Below, piece after piece: positions 37,219-51,230 of a stretch of DNA of 64,000 nucleotides (positions are counted from its first letter, which is position 1; every line of letters begins with the position of its first letter). This stretch comes from Vicugna vicugna. Lineage: Eukaryota. The notes beneath the pieces are model-generated. The model was given only the letters and a program-made list of their open reading frames with translations. It ran no database searches and was not told the DNA's origin. A program made the translations under genes and the position numbers. Location: assembly GCA_013265495.1 (NCBI GenBank), contig MU058645.1, positions 124,001 to 188,000 on the forward strand. Reading direction: 5' to 3'.

Positions 37219-37494
37219 TAAAAAGATGTACAGGACAGTGTGAGAAGTCGCAGCGCACGTAACATCAGCACTCAGTCAGAAATAATAGAACAGGGAAGGG
37301 GGACAAATAGGAAGGGTGATTCACAACATTCCAGATTTGTTTAAATATACTAACTGACATATTTAGGAAACTCAGTAAACCCCGTCAGAATAACTGTGTA
37401 TGTATATACACATACATACATATATATGCACACATACATATATATAATTTTTAATATTAAAATAAATTTTTAAATTAAAAAAATATTTAAATTT

Positions 37495-37722
37495 GACTCA
37501 TGATTATGAAAGCTACCAAGTCTGTAATCTGCAGGGCAGCCCACAGGCTGGAAACTTACACAGAAGTTGGTGTTGCAGGTTTGAGGCAAAATTTCTTCTC
37601 AGGTAAACCTCAGTCATTGCTCTCAGGGCCTCCCCTGGACTGGACGAGGCTCACCAACCTTATCGAAGGCAATATCCTTTACTCAAGGCCAAGTGATTGC
37701 AGATATAAACCACATCTACAAA
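37495..37722 (-). mobile_element. ERVL LTR fragment (MLT2-like)
   Basis: gactcatgattatgaaagctaccaagtctgtaatctgcagggc...ctggacgaggctcaccaacc...ctttactcaagg...cacatctacaaaa. Confidence 0.75.
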
Positions 37723-37789
37723 ACAGAAGAAAACAATAGAGAAAATTTAAAAAAAAAACCCAAAATTTAAAAAACCAACCAAATTATGT

Positions 37790-38620
37790 CTTTAGCATGA
37801 GTGATCAAAGAAAAAAGGAGAATATTCAAATTATTAAATTCAGGAATAAAAAAAGGGAAAACTACAACTGCTTTTTACAGAAATAAAGATCATAAAGGAA
37901 TACTCTGAACCACTATATGTTAATAAATTATTTAACACAGATGAAATGAACAAATTCCTAAAAATATATAAACTACCAAAACTGACTCTGAAGACACAGA
38001 AAAACTGAGTGGATGTGTAACAAGGATGCAGGTTGAGTTTTCAAAAAATTTTCCCACAAAGGAAAATCCAATTCCACATGGCTTTGCTGGTAAATTATGA
38101 TTATTTAAAGACTTAACACTAATCCAAGACGAGAAAGCACTTCCTAACCCACTTTATGAGACCAGTCTCATCCGACAGCAAAACATCACAAGAATATTGA
38201 CGTGAAATATCCCAGAAGATTTCTAGAGCAGTGAACGTAGCATGTCAAAAAGATTACACAGCGTGACCAAGTGGAGTTTACCACAGGACTCTAAGGATGG
38301 CTTAACATGAACAAATCAGTCAATATAATATACCATATTAATAAGAGGGAAACAAACACACATTGTAATAGACACAGGAAAAGCATTTGACAAAATGCTC
38401 TTATGGTAACTGTACTAAAAAAATACTAGGAGTAGAAGCAAATTTCCTCAGTTCAATGAAAGCATCTATCAAAAAAACAAAACAAAACAAAGCGTAGCTA
38501 ACGTCATTTTTTTTTATTGCGTTATAGTCAATTTACAACACTGTTTTTTACCACAGCTAACATGATAATTAATGAAAAACTTCTGAAAGCTTTTCTTCTA
38601 TGACCAGAAACCAGAAAAAG
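37790..38620 (+). mobile_element. Old L1 ORF2 fragment
   Basis: gatgaaatgaacaaattcct, cactttatgagaccag, gaaaagcatttgacaaaat. Confidence 0.75.
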
Positions 38621-38621
38621 A

Positions 38622-38993
38622 TGTAGTCTTTGTCCATCCAGGACATTATAACAAACTATCACACGCCGGGTGGCCTGTCAACAACAGGGACTGACTGCTC
38701 ACGGGTCTGGGCCTGGGAAGTCCGAGCCGGCGTGCTGGGTGCGTCGGCATCGGCTGGGCGTCAGCTGAGCGCCGGCTTCCTGGCCGAGGCAGCTGTCTCC
38801 TCGCTGCGTCCTCACAAAGCAGAGGGAGAAGGATCTCTCTCTCTTTTATGAGGATGCTAATCCCATTCATGAGGGTGCTGCCAACATGATTTAACACCTC
38901 CCAAAAGCCCCACCTCCAAAACCATCACAGTAAGGGTTAGAATTCCAACATACGAATTTTGAAGGGACACAAATATTCAGCCTATATACAGCA
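38622..38993 (-). mobile_element. MaLR LTR (MLT1A-like)
   Basis: ctaatcccattcatgagggtg...cacctcccaaaagccccacctccaaaaccatcac...aacatacgaattttgaagggacacaaatattcag. Confidence 0.85.
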
Positions 38994-41900
38994 GGATCAA
39001 AAGGATTCCTGTCTTTAAAATAGGCAAAAAAATAAAAATAAGAACGGTGTTGATTGGAATCCATAGGACTTCTGTGTTACCAAGGGAAAGTTCAGAGACA
39101 GGTCTGGTTTACTGGCGAAGTGCTTAGAACTTGGAATTTAAGAGATGGCAGTTTGAAGACAGTTTCCTCCACCAGGTCCCGCCCTTACCATTTCTGAAGC
39201 CCCAGGAGCCCCTGAGCAGTGTATCTCAGTGTTGAGGGATTGCAAATCAAGCCGCCAGGGTGTTAAATATGCTCTTTCCTCCTGCGTTGACAAATGTGTC
39301 TTCATAACAATATGGAAGGCTGGGACCGAATGGAGACTCCTTAGGGTCCTCTCCAAGTTTCTGACCCTCTGCCTGCTTCAAAATCTCTGCTGCATCAAGA
39401 AGAGTGTGACATGCTTGTGCCTGGACATCCCCACCTGCACACCCAAGCTGTGTCCCCCGACAGCACAGCCACTCTTGGACCTGGGTAAAATTCCTGAATG
39501 GTATGGCTTACCGTTGGGAGGAGAAAAGAGCCATAGTGGTGGTGGAAGTGAGCTGTGACTGTTTGGGTAGGAGTCCAGGGTCCTCAGACATGGTCTGTAG
39601 TGGGGAGTAACAGCACTGGTGGGCATATCCCTCCGCTGCCCAGGACTCCTCAGTTCTCAGGGCTGACATAATGAATACACCCATGATACATAAAAATGAA
39701 ACAATAAGCAGTCAACAAGTGGCGTGGATGACAGTCAATCCATAAGTCATTAGATAACTGAAGAAGAGAATGTCCACTTGGGAAAACGTAAGTGGTATTT
39801 GTAATGATGTGGGAGTTTCTGGTAGGACCTTTCTGACATTTACCTTTTCATACAAATATTTCTCCACTAATTGACCTAGAAATTAATTCTTGTCTTTGTT
39901 TTAGCCAAACCTGATGATACACAAACCCAATTTGGAAAACTCATCAAAGACTTGCCACATAATCTCTGATGACCTGTCGGGGTGCTTCTGCTGGGGCCAG
40001 TCTTCAGATGTTCTGCTCTGCTCTTGGCCAGCATAAGCAGATGTCATCTTTCATAGAGACTGGCCTGGAGCTGTAATTGGAGAAGAAACTCTGTGTGTAT
40101 GTAATTTATCTGGACCATGATAAAACCGTAGCCATGGTGGGATTTTGAAGCTTCGTAGGAGTCATCAAAAGAGTGAAATATTCTCTTTAAGTGAGTCCTG
40201 AATGGTCTCTCTTTCCCAGTCATGGCTCCCTGCCTCCATGCGTGTAAAACAGGATGACACCCCTGGTTTCTTTTGCAACAACTTTATTCAACCACCGCTT
40301 CTGCCGCTATACTCACCACACATCCCCAGCAGCCTCAGTGAAGATACACACTTATCAATAAACAGCAGATCCTCCAGAACAGCCTAGAAAGTTTAGCAAA
40401 ATCTGATACATGGAAACCTCTCAGATACTGATGTTTTAACTGACATTTGACATAAAGTGAAACAGAGTTACTGGATTTTGCTTTGTTAATTTAAAGCATC
40501 CTATTAGCTTTTGGAAAATTCAGTGCATCTGATATATAACTCATTAGTTGAATCAATAAATTTGAATGAAGATCTTTATGGATACAAATAAGAAAATAAT
40601 AAACTTTTAACAAAATTTTTAATTCATCACCAGCCCAGTTTTCCCCAACCAATATACTTTTTATCCTAATTCGTTTTTAATGAAAAAATTTGACTTTCCC
40701 CCAACTCCAAGGTTCCTATGTCATGAAAATATATTCTAAACTAGTAAGGATATATGGCCATTGAGTTCTTATTTTAAAAGGAAATGTCTAACATGTAATC
40801 CATTATTTTGTTTATGTAAAGAGAAATTCCACTGAGAGATAATTCAGTACATGATTTTTTATATTTTAGAAGAATAATCACTTAAATTGCAATGTAGTGT
40901 TCAACTTAGTATACAAATATGCAGAGATCTGCATGAAAAAGTTATTTTATTTTACATAATATTCTTAAAATACATTAAAAATTCAATTCAGGAGAGTCAA
41001 TCAAAGGCCTCTGTTTCACAAGCAGTGTGCCATATGCATGTGGATGTACATATTTTTGTGTATGTAGAGAGAGAGGGAATGAGAGAGAGAGAGACAGAGA
41101 TGGAGACAGGGACATAAAGATAAAGAAGCAGATACAAATAGAAGGAAACAAAAAATAGGTAGAAGTAAGAAAACATTTTCCATATTTTCAAACTCCAGGA
41201 AAGTTACATAAGTCTCTGTTTTCCCACAAGGCAAAGGGACTATTAATGGAGTCAATAGTAAATTCTCCTTTTCAATCAATAGGGCAGGGGAAGTACAGTC
41301 AGGGGTGAGTGCAGAAACTGGGGCTAAGGCATGTTAACTTAGAAATGCAGGATTCCTGATAAAATTACACACAAAATACCCTAGAGCTTTACACATTTTT
41401 TCCTGCTATTTTAAGTGATCCTTACCCTTTCTGTGTCAAGAACTCCCAGTTAGAGTTTAGGAAAAGAAGGCACTGAGGAAGCCAGTGGTTAGTTACATTT
41501 AGCTTTTCTATTTCAAGCTGTCACAGCTGCAAAATTGTTCAGTGTAACTCCACAGGGAGCGCTACCCAGCTATGCAGATGAATTCCAAATGTGACATGTG
41601 CCAGCGTGGGGGGTGGGGACTGTGACAGCGGAGTGGCTGCCATCAGTCTGTCTGATGGATGGACTCGTACCACCAAGGAGCCGGCCGCCATCGATTTCTG
41701 CTCATCCATCTCATCACAGTGACCTCTCACTGGAAGGAAGAAAAAGAAGAGCAAAAGAGAGGTACAAAGAAAAAAGGAAGATTAAAATATTTCTTTCTTT
41801 ACTTATCCCTCCCGCTCCCAAGCACTTCCACCATCATGCCACTCCCCTGCACCAAGCCATTCCCCTCACCACACACTTTTCTCATACCAGAACCAGAATA

Positions 41901-43029
41901 ACGACTAGTATCTTCATTTCTCCTCTGTCCTAAGTATGTGAGTTTGTTTGGCATTGCTTAATTGGTATTTGTGTCATATCCTTTAGAATTTGCCAATTAA
42001 AGAACGGAGATAATGCAGAGTGTTTCTGGTATGATATCAAGTCTAAAGCATGTAGGCAGAAGATATAAAATATTGTCCACACTCTTTCACCAAGAAACTC
42101 CAGTGTTACGTTACTTTCCATTCTGTTTGGAGACCCTTCCTTTGGTGAAATAATCCCCTGTTCCTACATGAAAACATTTCAGTGGATGAGAGGTTACAGG
42201 AGAGAAGAGAAAGAAAAATGCCAAAAAAAGGAGGTAGAATTAAGAAACCAAAAATGTCCCAAAGAGGTTCTTGGATTTACAGCTTAGAATGTATCTCTTT
42301 CTGTAAGTCTTTGTTCTCTTAATCTTCTCTGAAATGGCCTAAGTCACTCTCCTTTATGGAAGCAGATTTTTCGTGGAGAAGAATTGTGCCTTCTATTTAT
42401 GAGTTTAAGAGCTACCCTCTTGTTCAAAGAGTTGCAGCGAAGGCAGTGACACAATGGTAAACGCAGGGCAGGTGTACAAATGCATTTCTGTTAACTCTCT
42501 CCTTGGGGATTCATACTCCGATTCCCGTGACCTCTCTGAAATTCGCAACTGTGTTTGTTTAAAAATGCCTTCCTTCAGTTGTGTTTGGTCTGTAAGAAGA
42601 ATTTAACGGCAATACAGGAGAGAGGATTTACGGTTGGAGAATGAAAAAAACGGGTCCTTAGAAAACTCTGTAAGCAGCAGAGGACATCAGAGTCAGATGA
42701 AATCAAGCTGTGGCTGTAAGATCCACTTTCAGAGACAGAGAAAGATTGAAGTCAGTGGGTTATGGAATTAGCCAGAACTGACAAAAGAATTGATTCTAAG
42801 AATCATTAGTGTGTTGTGCTACAACCGCCTCACCCAGGGACGAACACGTAAAAGGGTGCATCGCAAAAAGATCTACTGGTGGGTCTTCTGGAGCATACAA
42901 GTCCCAGTTATATTCGCAGGAAACCCAGAAAGGATTTAAGAAGGCTGTATGTAATCAAAGGGGGGCTCTGAACTTCCAAATTTCTATGATAAGGAAGCAG
43001 AATGATGAATATTCAACAGCAAACATTTT

Positions 43030-46000
43030 TATTTTCATTTTTAATTGACTATATAAAACCCGTGTATACACATATGTTATATAGAATTACTGTATAGCTC
43101 ACTGACGTTTAAGAAATGTCTGTACCCACGTACCTGCCACCATAATCAAGATATAAAACGTTTCCATTTTCCTAAAAAGTTTTTTTGCCTGTTAATCTCC
43201 ACCCATTCCTGTGCTCCTCTCGTATCACTAACAACAACATTTAACTTTTCTAGAGTTTCATGTGAATAAAAAGAATACATTTAAAATTATAAATTAAAAT
43301 TATTTATAAATGTTAAATGTTATGTAAATGTCCATATAAATTGATTCACACTGCATAAATTGTTTTTATCTGACTTTAAAAAAATCACTATCCTGGTTTG
43401 AGCTGTATCATCTTTTTCCATGTGGATACATTGTATACTGACATAGCTGAATAGAATTCTATTTTGTACATTTTAGAAAATTAATTATCCTCCCGTCTGT
43501 TGGTTTGTATTTGGTTTGTTTCCTGTGTGGCACGTAGTCAAAGCAGCTATAAACATTAATGTATAAATCTTTGTGTGGACCTGTGACTTTCTATCTCTTG
43601 GGTAAATGCCTTAGAGTTAAAGCATTTGGCCATTATGTAAGTGTACAATTACATTCAATAGACAGTGCCAATGTGTTTGCAAAATTTTACATTCTGACCA
43701 GCAATGTGTGACATTTCTGGTTACTGCAGCCTAATTTGCTGTTGTTGGTCTTTGCTATATAATTCCTACATAGTGTTATCTCACTTAAAACTTGCTTCTA
43801 ATTGGCATTTTCCTAGTGGTGTAAAATTGAGCATCTTTTCATGTGCTATCTGTTATATTATTATTGAACTCTAATTCTTACACATTTCATTTACATACTA
43901 TATATATATATATATATACACATATATATATATATATATACACACATACATGGTGAATATTTTTCAGTTTATCTCTTACATTTTCATTTCCTTAATAATA
44001 TCTTTCAAAGAGCAAAAGCTTTTAATTTTGAAGAATTCCAATTTAACAAGTGATTCCTTTATGTGTTGTACTTATAGTAACATATCTAAGGAATCTTGGA
44101 CTACATCAATGATGAAAATATTTCTTCTATGCTCTATTCCAAACATACTACAGTTTGGCATAACTGTGATCAATTTTAAGTTGGTTTTATGGTATAGGGC
44201 ATGATAAGCATTAAGGTCTCATTTTTAATATATCAATATCCAGTTTTTCAAAGACGTAGGTTGACAAGACTTTTTGCCCATTAAATTTCCTCGGCTCCTT
44301 TCTCCATTAAATCTCCTTGGGTTAAAAAAACAAACAAGATTTGATCATGCTTATTTAGGTAAAATTGTGGGTAATTTTCCCTAAATTAATTGACTCTTTA
44401 CACTGAGGTTTATTTCTGGATGCACTAATTTGTTCCATTGGACTTCTTGTCTATTCTTATGTCAATATAACACTATCTTGATTATTATAAGTTTAAAATA
44501 AGTTTGAAATTCATAGTGTAAATCTTCAAATTTGTTGCACTTATTCAGGATAGTTTTGCATATTTCATATCAATTTTGTAACCAGTCTGATAGTTGTGAA
44601 TTGCTTGTTGGGATTTTGATTGAAACCACTTTGAATCTTGGGATCAATTTGGGATAAATTACATCATAACAAATTTTGAGTCTTCCAGTACAAGAATATG
44701 ATATATCTTGCATGTACAAAGTTCTCTTCAAATTTATCTTGGCAATATTTAAAATTTTTAGTGTACAAGGTATAATAATTTGTTAAGTGTATCTTTTTAT
44801 GTTAATTTGGATGTTTTGCTAAATTAGCTTTAATGCAATTTCCTATTATTTATTGTTAGTATACTGAAATACATTAGATTTTTATAGAGTGCACTTGTAA
44901 CATCTGATTCTGCTAGATACACATTTTTAGTCCTGGTAGCTGTTTTAAAATTTTAGAATATTCTATACATATGTACATATCACCATGTACTGGTGAATAA
45001 AGTGAATAAAGAGAATTGACTACTTTCTTTCTATTTGTAAAGCTCTAGGTATTTTTCTTCTCTTATTGCACTAAGAACTCAAGTTCAATGTTGAATAGAA
45101 GTAATGAACAGAGAAATCTTGCCTTGTCTTAACATAAAAGAAAACATTCAGTCTTTCGCTTATAAGTATGGTATTACCCGCAGACTTTTGAAGATTATTT
45201 TTATCAGGTTAAGAGTGTTTCTTTATATTATCACTTTATTGAGAAACTTCATGATAAATTCATTTAAATTTTTGTCAGATTTTTTAATCTATCTAGACAT
45301 TATATTTTTCTCCTATACACTCTTAATTTGTTGAATTACTTTGAGTTTTTTAAAAAGTATTGAACAAACCTTGCATTTCTATGATAAGCTTACTTAGTTA
45401 AAACATAATATCCATTTCATATATCACTGATTTTAATTTTCTAAAATTTAGTTAAAGATTTTTGCTTTTATAAAATGAGTGACCTTGGCCTGAATTTTTC
45501 TTGCAATACTTTTATCTGGTTTTGGAAACAGGGTTGTATTTGTCTCATGAAATGGATTGAGAAGTGTTTCTTCATCTTCTATTTTCTAAAAAAAGATCAT
45601 ATAGATTGACATTTTTTCTTCTCTTAAGTATTTAGTATAATTCACTGACATCTTAACTTGAAGTTTATTGTGTAGGAAAAATTTTATACAATTTTAATAG
45701 AAATATAGCTACTTATTAATAAATGTCAGGCTTTAGTAGGTATTGGAAAGCTTATGTTTGTCAAGGAAATTGTCTACTGTATCTAAGCTAGTGGATGTGT
45801 GGTAATAATTTTTTTCATGCTATTCTCTATTTTATTTTTAATTAGTGTCTATAGTGACGTCCCATCTTTGATTTCTGATATGGTCGTTTTTACCCTTGCT
45901 CTTATTTTGCTGATCAGTTTGAATAGAAATTTGTCAATTTTATTGGTTTTTACAGAGCTCTTGAGACTTTATGCTTCATTTAAAATTTATTTTGTTTTCT

Positions 46001-47880
46001 GCTTTTATAGTTTTATTCCACTGCTTCTGTTTTTTTTAAGTTGTCTCTTCTTTTTCTACTCATAAAGTAGACATTAAATTTTTGTTTTGAAATCTTTATA
46101 GTTTTACATAGCTATGATCAATATTGAGTTTATTTTATTATGTGTGATAAGAGCCAAATTTTCTTTTTAATTTTTGTACATCAATATCCAGTTTTCCAAG
46201 AATTATATGTTGAAGAGACCTCCTTTTTTCCAAGATAAGTGAATTATCTTGGCTCCAAGAAGGGGTGGGGAGGACTTGACCATATTTGGGCAAATGCAAC
46301 TATTTACACTTTATAGTGACATCTAATCTTTTCTAAAATTCTGTGTTTCCATCTGGGATCATCCTTCAGCCTGAAAAATTGTCCTTTATTTTTTCTTGTA
46401 GTGTAATTCTCTTGTTGATCTATTCTCTCAGTGTCTGCCTGAGAAATCCTAGTTTCATTATAATTTTCACTTTAAATTTTTTCATTGGCTCTCAAAGTTT
46501 AGGTTGGGTAGTATGTTTTCTCCTAAAGTATTGAAATACATCACTGAATTATCTTCAGTATCCATATATTGCATATACTTTTTTTTTGTCATTGACAGTC
46601 AGCTTTATGTTTTGTGGTTGCTCCTTGGGAGGAAATGTGCCTTTATCCCTCGATGCTTTTAATATCTCCTGATTCTTTGATTTCAACTGTTTGACTAGAA
46701 GCAGTTTAGGTGTGTTTTTGTCTTAATTTTGTTTGGGGTTCACCAAGCTTCCTTAACATATGACTGGATTATTTAATCAGCTTTAGAAATGTGTCTCCCT
46801 TTATACTCTTGAGACTAATTTTAACCCAATCTCTCTCTCCTCTTATAGTCCATTACTCATATGTTTGATCAATAATTTGACATTTTTATATACTTCTGTA
46901 TTCTGATTAGGTTTTTAAAATGTTACCTATAGGCTTCAATTTTGATAATTTCCATTTACCTGTCTTCAAATTCACTAATTCTGTCTTCTGTTGTATTAAT
47001 TAAATCAATTTCATGATCATTTACTTTCTGATTTTTTTAATATCTACTTTTTGTTTAAGAGATTTCAGTCATCTGTTAACATTTTCCAGTTTCTAAGAGT
47101 CATAAGTTCCTTGTCTTCTCATTAAAATTAGGTATCTGAGGTAAAGACATCACCTATTAACTTCAGCAGTTAGATTGTCTGTGCATCTGCTTGTATTATG
47201 TGTTTTTCCTCTTGATTATAGGTTTTATTTTCTTACTCTCTTCTTTGTCTCAAAAGTTCTTCCTTTGCCTCACAGTATCTAGTAATTGAAACTGCTATTA
47301 TGCTTTCCCAGACAGGGTATGCGTTTTTTAAGAGTTAAGCAGATAGGATGAGGAGCTGATCTTATAGCAATTAGTAATCCATCTTGTCTGCAATTAGGGT
47401 GGGGTTTTACTTACACTTAGTCTACCTCTAGTCTCAAATGTCCTGTAGGAAAGAACTGTAGTGTGTTTATGGTAAACCACTCCACATAAAACTTTTGTCT
47501 CCTAAGGACCCAAAGTGGATGAGAGGGTTAAACCTGCTTTCTAGCTCTGCTTTATTCACAAGTATGGGTTGCCCTGGTTTTTAGCAAAGAGCCTAGCAGG
47601 ACTCTGTCTTTTCATCCTGAAAGTTCTTTCCTTTAGAGTGTTTGAAGCTTGCTTTTTGCTTGCTGAACCACACAAGCTCAAAATCTTGTGATTTCATTAA
47701 AAAAGAGAGAATTGTTCTCTCTATAATATGAGTCTTCTTAGTGTGTCTCTGACTCCTCAGGACCTGTAGGAAGTAGGAAATGTTGCTCTGAATTTCTGGC
47801 CCAGCCATCCAAACTCTATCCTCTCATCTTTCAGATAAAGTTCCTTTGAGATAAATGATGATGCCTTTGGGGACTCTCTA
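43030..47880 (-). mobile_element. Long array of old L1M fragments (3' end to 5' region)
   Basis: T-rich antisense L1 motifs throughout (cattctgaccagcaatgtgtga, gggtttatttctgga-like, ggatcaatttggga, aaccttgcatttc); (TA/CA)n at ~43898-43950. Confidence 0.75.
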
Positions 47881-48349
47881 GATTTGAATCTGTCAGTCTA
47901 TTCATCCAGCCATCAAATACTGTTATAGTTAATATAATATAAATGCTATTTTTAAATTATTGTTCTTAATAAGGGCATATATTGTTTTGACATTACATAA
48001 TACATAATACAGGGATAAAAAGAAAAAGTGAAATTCAGACATGAATTATCTGAAAGATAACTTAGCCAGGAGTCTAAATTTTGGTAAATTTTGTATTTCA
48101 TAAAAGCTCCTGCATCTATTAACAGGATGCAATCATCAGTCTTGCCTATTCAAAACACAGTTTTCATGAGAACCATGACCACTGAGCCATAAAATAAATT
48201 TCACAGTCTCCAGTTCCTAGAGTATTTTCTTGTATTTTTCTTCAGGTTTTTTCATATACTTCTACTGGGTCTGCTCATCTGTTTGAAAACTCAGAGCACA
48301 ACTGAAGTTATAATTTAAATGTGGATAATGCCCATCGCAAGACTTGTAA

Positions 48350-48570
48350 TAAGAACCACTGATTATTATGCACCTACTGTTTATGAAGCTCATTACTTAC
48401 ATTACTCTCATGTAATTTTCTCCTGGAGTTCATGAAGTAGGAATATTTGAAAATGCAAAACCGAAGCCTAGATGAGAAATAACTTGTCCAAGGACACTTA
48501 ATAATAGCTTATGTGATCCTGACAGTAAAGAAGGGACTGTAATCCTGGACACAAAACAAAGTCCTTTCAA
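48350..48570 (-). mobile_element. MIR fragment
   Basis: tatgcacctactg...catgaagtaggaatattt...aaaccgaagcctagatgagaaataacttgtccaaggacac. Confidence 0.65.
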
Positions 48571-50349
48571 TAATAGTACAGCAGCTTAAGGTCCTTTGGT
48601 GTGAGAGAATGGTCGCCTCCAGTTCTGTGGGAGTCATGACTATCACAGCACAATACCTGTGGTTCTAAAGATGTTCCTTAAAATAGCAACTTAGAAGATA
48701 AAATAATATTTATTGTTTAATATTTTGGGGAAACAATGAAATGTACTTTAGAAATATGTGGTTATTTCCAGAGCAGTTAGTTTTCATTGTGTAGTCATCA
48801 AAAAATTAACTTATATGTGAAAAGTGAAACTAAAAAGCAAATTCTATAAGGAAGGATATCAAAATATATAGACATCAGTAGGATCAGTATGGCTTCTTAT
48901 TGTTTTATATTTATGTAGTTTTTTCAAATTTTCTATTTTAAGATAGGAAAACAAATCCACAAAGTAAATTTTCTTTCAGTTAAAAAAGACAAAAATGGAT
49001 GCATTTATGGACATTGTGGACATTCTCAGTCTATCACAAGAACACGTCTGGTAAGACCCTTATGCTTTTCAAAATCTGTATTTTATCATAGATAATTGCA
49101 ACATGACTTTTCAAACACTTATAATTATTTCATCATTATGGACTGTAAATACTATTAATAAGATTCCTAAGTGTGTGTTTGGACCCTATAAGGACAGGTG
49201 TAACAGCACCCATATGATCTCACTGAGTTGCTGGAAGTCGATGCAGGTTGGCTACTCTCTGTCCGTTTGTAAGCTCAGCATCGCAGACGGCTTTGCTATT
49301 ATGGTACCCCAGGGCTAACACGTGCTCCCGCATGGCAAAGGTGACCGCGTGCCCGGGAGACCAGAACTAGCATTCAGTGACAGGTCAGGCTTGCCCGCTT
49401 TTCCTTGACCTGTGAAGTCATGTGGCCATGACTAATCTTGAGATGGTGGAGAACTTTGCCCGGAAAGAGAAGAACAGGAAATACTGGTGAGTAACCCTTA
49501 ACATCTACCACCAATACATACGAAAAACAAAATAAAATATTTTGATGTTTAATTGGCAATCATTTCAATCTGCTAGGAGAGACTAAGCTATGCCAGGAAC
49601 ATAACTTAAATTTTTCCAAAATGACAATTTTACAAAGACCTTGAGAAATGTTTTATAGAACTAATGATCTGAAAATTAAGAAATTATGTGTCAAATATAT
49701 GATTTTTATTAATATAGACTTTATATATTAATTAATACAATATTAATACTAAAGCTAAAATAATGACTAATTTGACTCTTCATAGAATAAAATTTGGATA
49801 ACATTTTTGGATTAGGTTAAAATTAAGAGATGCTTCCTCTCATCTAAATATTAAAAAATATTCAGTACAGTAGAAGATGCTTAACTTGATTACTTAAGGG
49901 TTTTTTTAAATTTTTTCTGACTATCTAGAACTGCTAATGTGATGGTGAGAAATGTTTATAGTTTAAAGCAATCTGTCCCAATTTTTACATGCATACGATG
50001 TTGAGAAATATTGCTCTAGTTATTTAAAACCACAGTAAGAATGAGAATGTAATAATAATAAATAGCAGTATACAATACTTTGGGTAATAATTCAACATTT
50101 CTTTTAGCTCAACTAATGTAATTAAATGTTTCAAAATACTGTAAGAACTGTACGTTAGAGTGTCATACTTGTATTTTGGAAATCTTTATTTAACATCAGA
50201 TGAATGTTTCCTAAAATATAAATTTTAATTTGATGATATTTTAAGTTAATTAAAATATTTATTTCAATGAATTTAATGAAAGGTCATTACTAACTTTAAG
50301 AAATTATTTTCCATTTTTGGCTTATCAGAGAATTTTTAAAAGCAAAACT

Positions 50350-51230
50350 TGCTTCAGAGATTGGGGAAAAATGCTTGCAATACATACACCTGTAAAACAA
50401 CTTGCATTTAGAATATATAAATGACCCCCACTGCTCAGTAATGGAAGTAAAAATTTAATTAAAAATAGCAACAAACAGAAACTTTACAAAAATGACATAG
50501 GAAAGCCCAATGAGCATATCAAAAGATGCTCAACATGAACGGTCATCTGAGGAAGTGCGAGTAAAACTATTATGAGATGCCATTTTACATCCAAAAGAAT
50601 GCCAGAGTTAAAGTTAATGACTAAACCAAATGTTGACAAGATGTGAAGCAAGTACAACTTGCATACGTTACCGGTGGGAGTGCAGAGTGGTACAGCAATC
50701 TGCAGCATCCCTACCACGCTAAGTACCCACTGAGGTTATGACCCAAGAGTTTTATTTCGGGTAAAGTGTCCAAGTATCTGTCCAAGAAGAATGAAAATAT
50801 GCTCGCCTGAGGACTCATGCAAGGTTATTCATAACAACGCTGTTTATAATAACCCCAAACTAGAAACAACCCAACTTTTCATCAACAAAATGTTTTTTTT
50901 TTAAAAAGCAAACATACAATGGAATAATATTCAGTAATGTAAAAAATAGACTACTGGCTTATGCAATAGCAATAACGTGAGTGAATCTCAAAAATGTTAA
51001 GTAAAAATGTTACATGAATTTATAGAACAAATAACATGCATTTATAGAATAAAAACCTGAACAGTGAGTAGAAAAGTATGGAAGAGGAGCACAAGGAATA
51101 TATCTGAGGTGAGGGACATATTCTCTGGTTTGTATGATGCCAAAGTGTCTGTATTTGTCAAAATTAATTAAATTGTACACTCAAGACAACGCACTGCACT
51201 ATTTGTAATCTTTACCTCAGTAGAAAAATA
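50350..51230 (+). mobile_element. Old L1M 3' end
   Basis: aaaagatgctcaacat, aaccccaaactagaaacaaccca, gtgaatctcaaaaa, gtctgtatttgtcaaaatt. Confidence 0.75.

Noticed and set aside
41539..41754. ORF behind a strong minus-strand polypyrimidine acceptor (~41730)
   Set aside because: No recognisable protein and no unambiguous partner donor; the pyrimidine tract may be simple low complexity.
44220..46255. Two similar segments (catcaatatccagtttt...) about 2 kb apart
   Set aside because: Both are the same part of L1 within an L1 fragment cluster.
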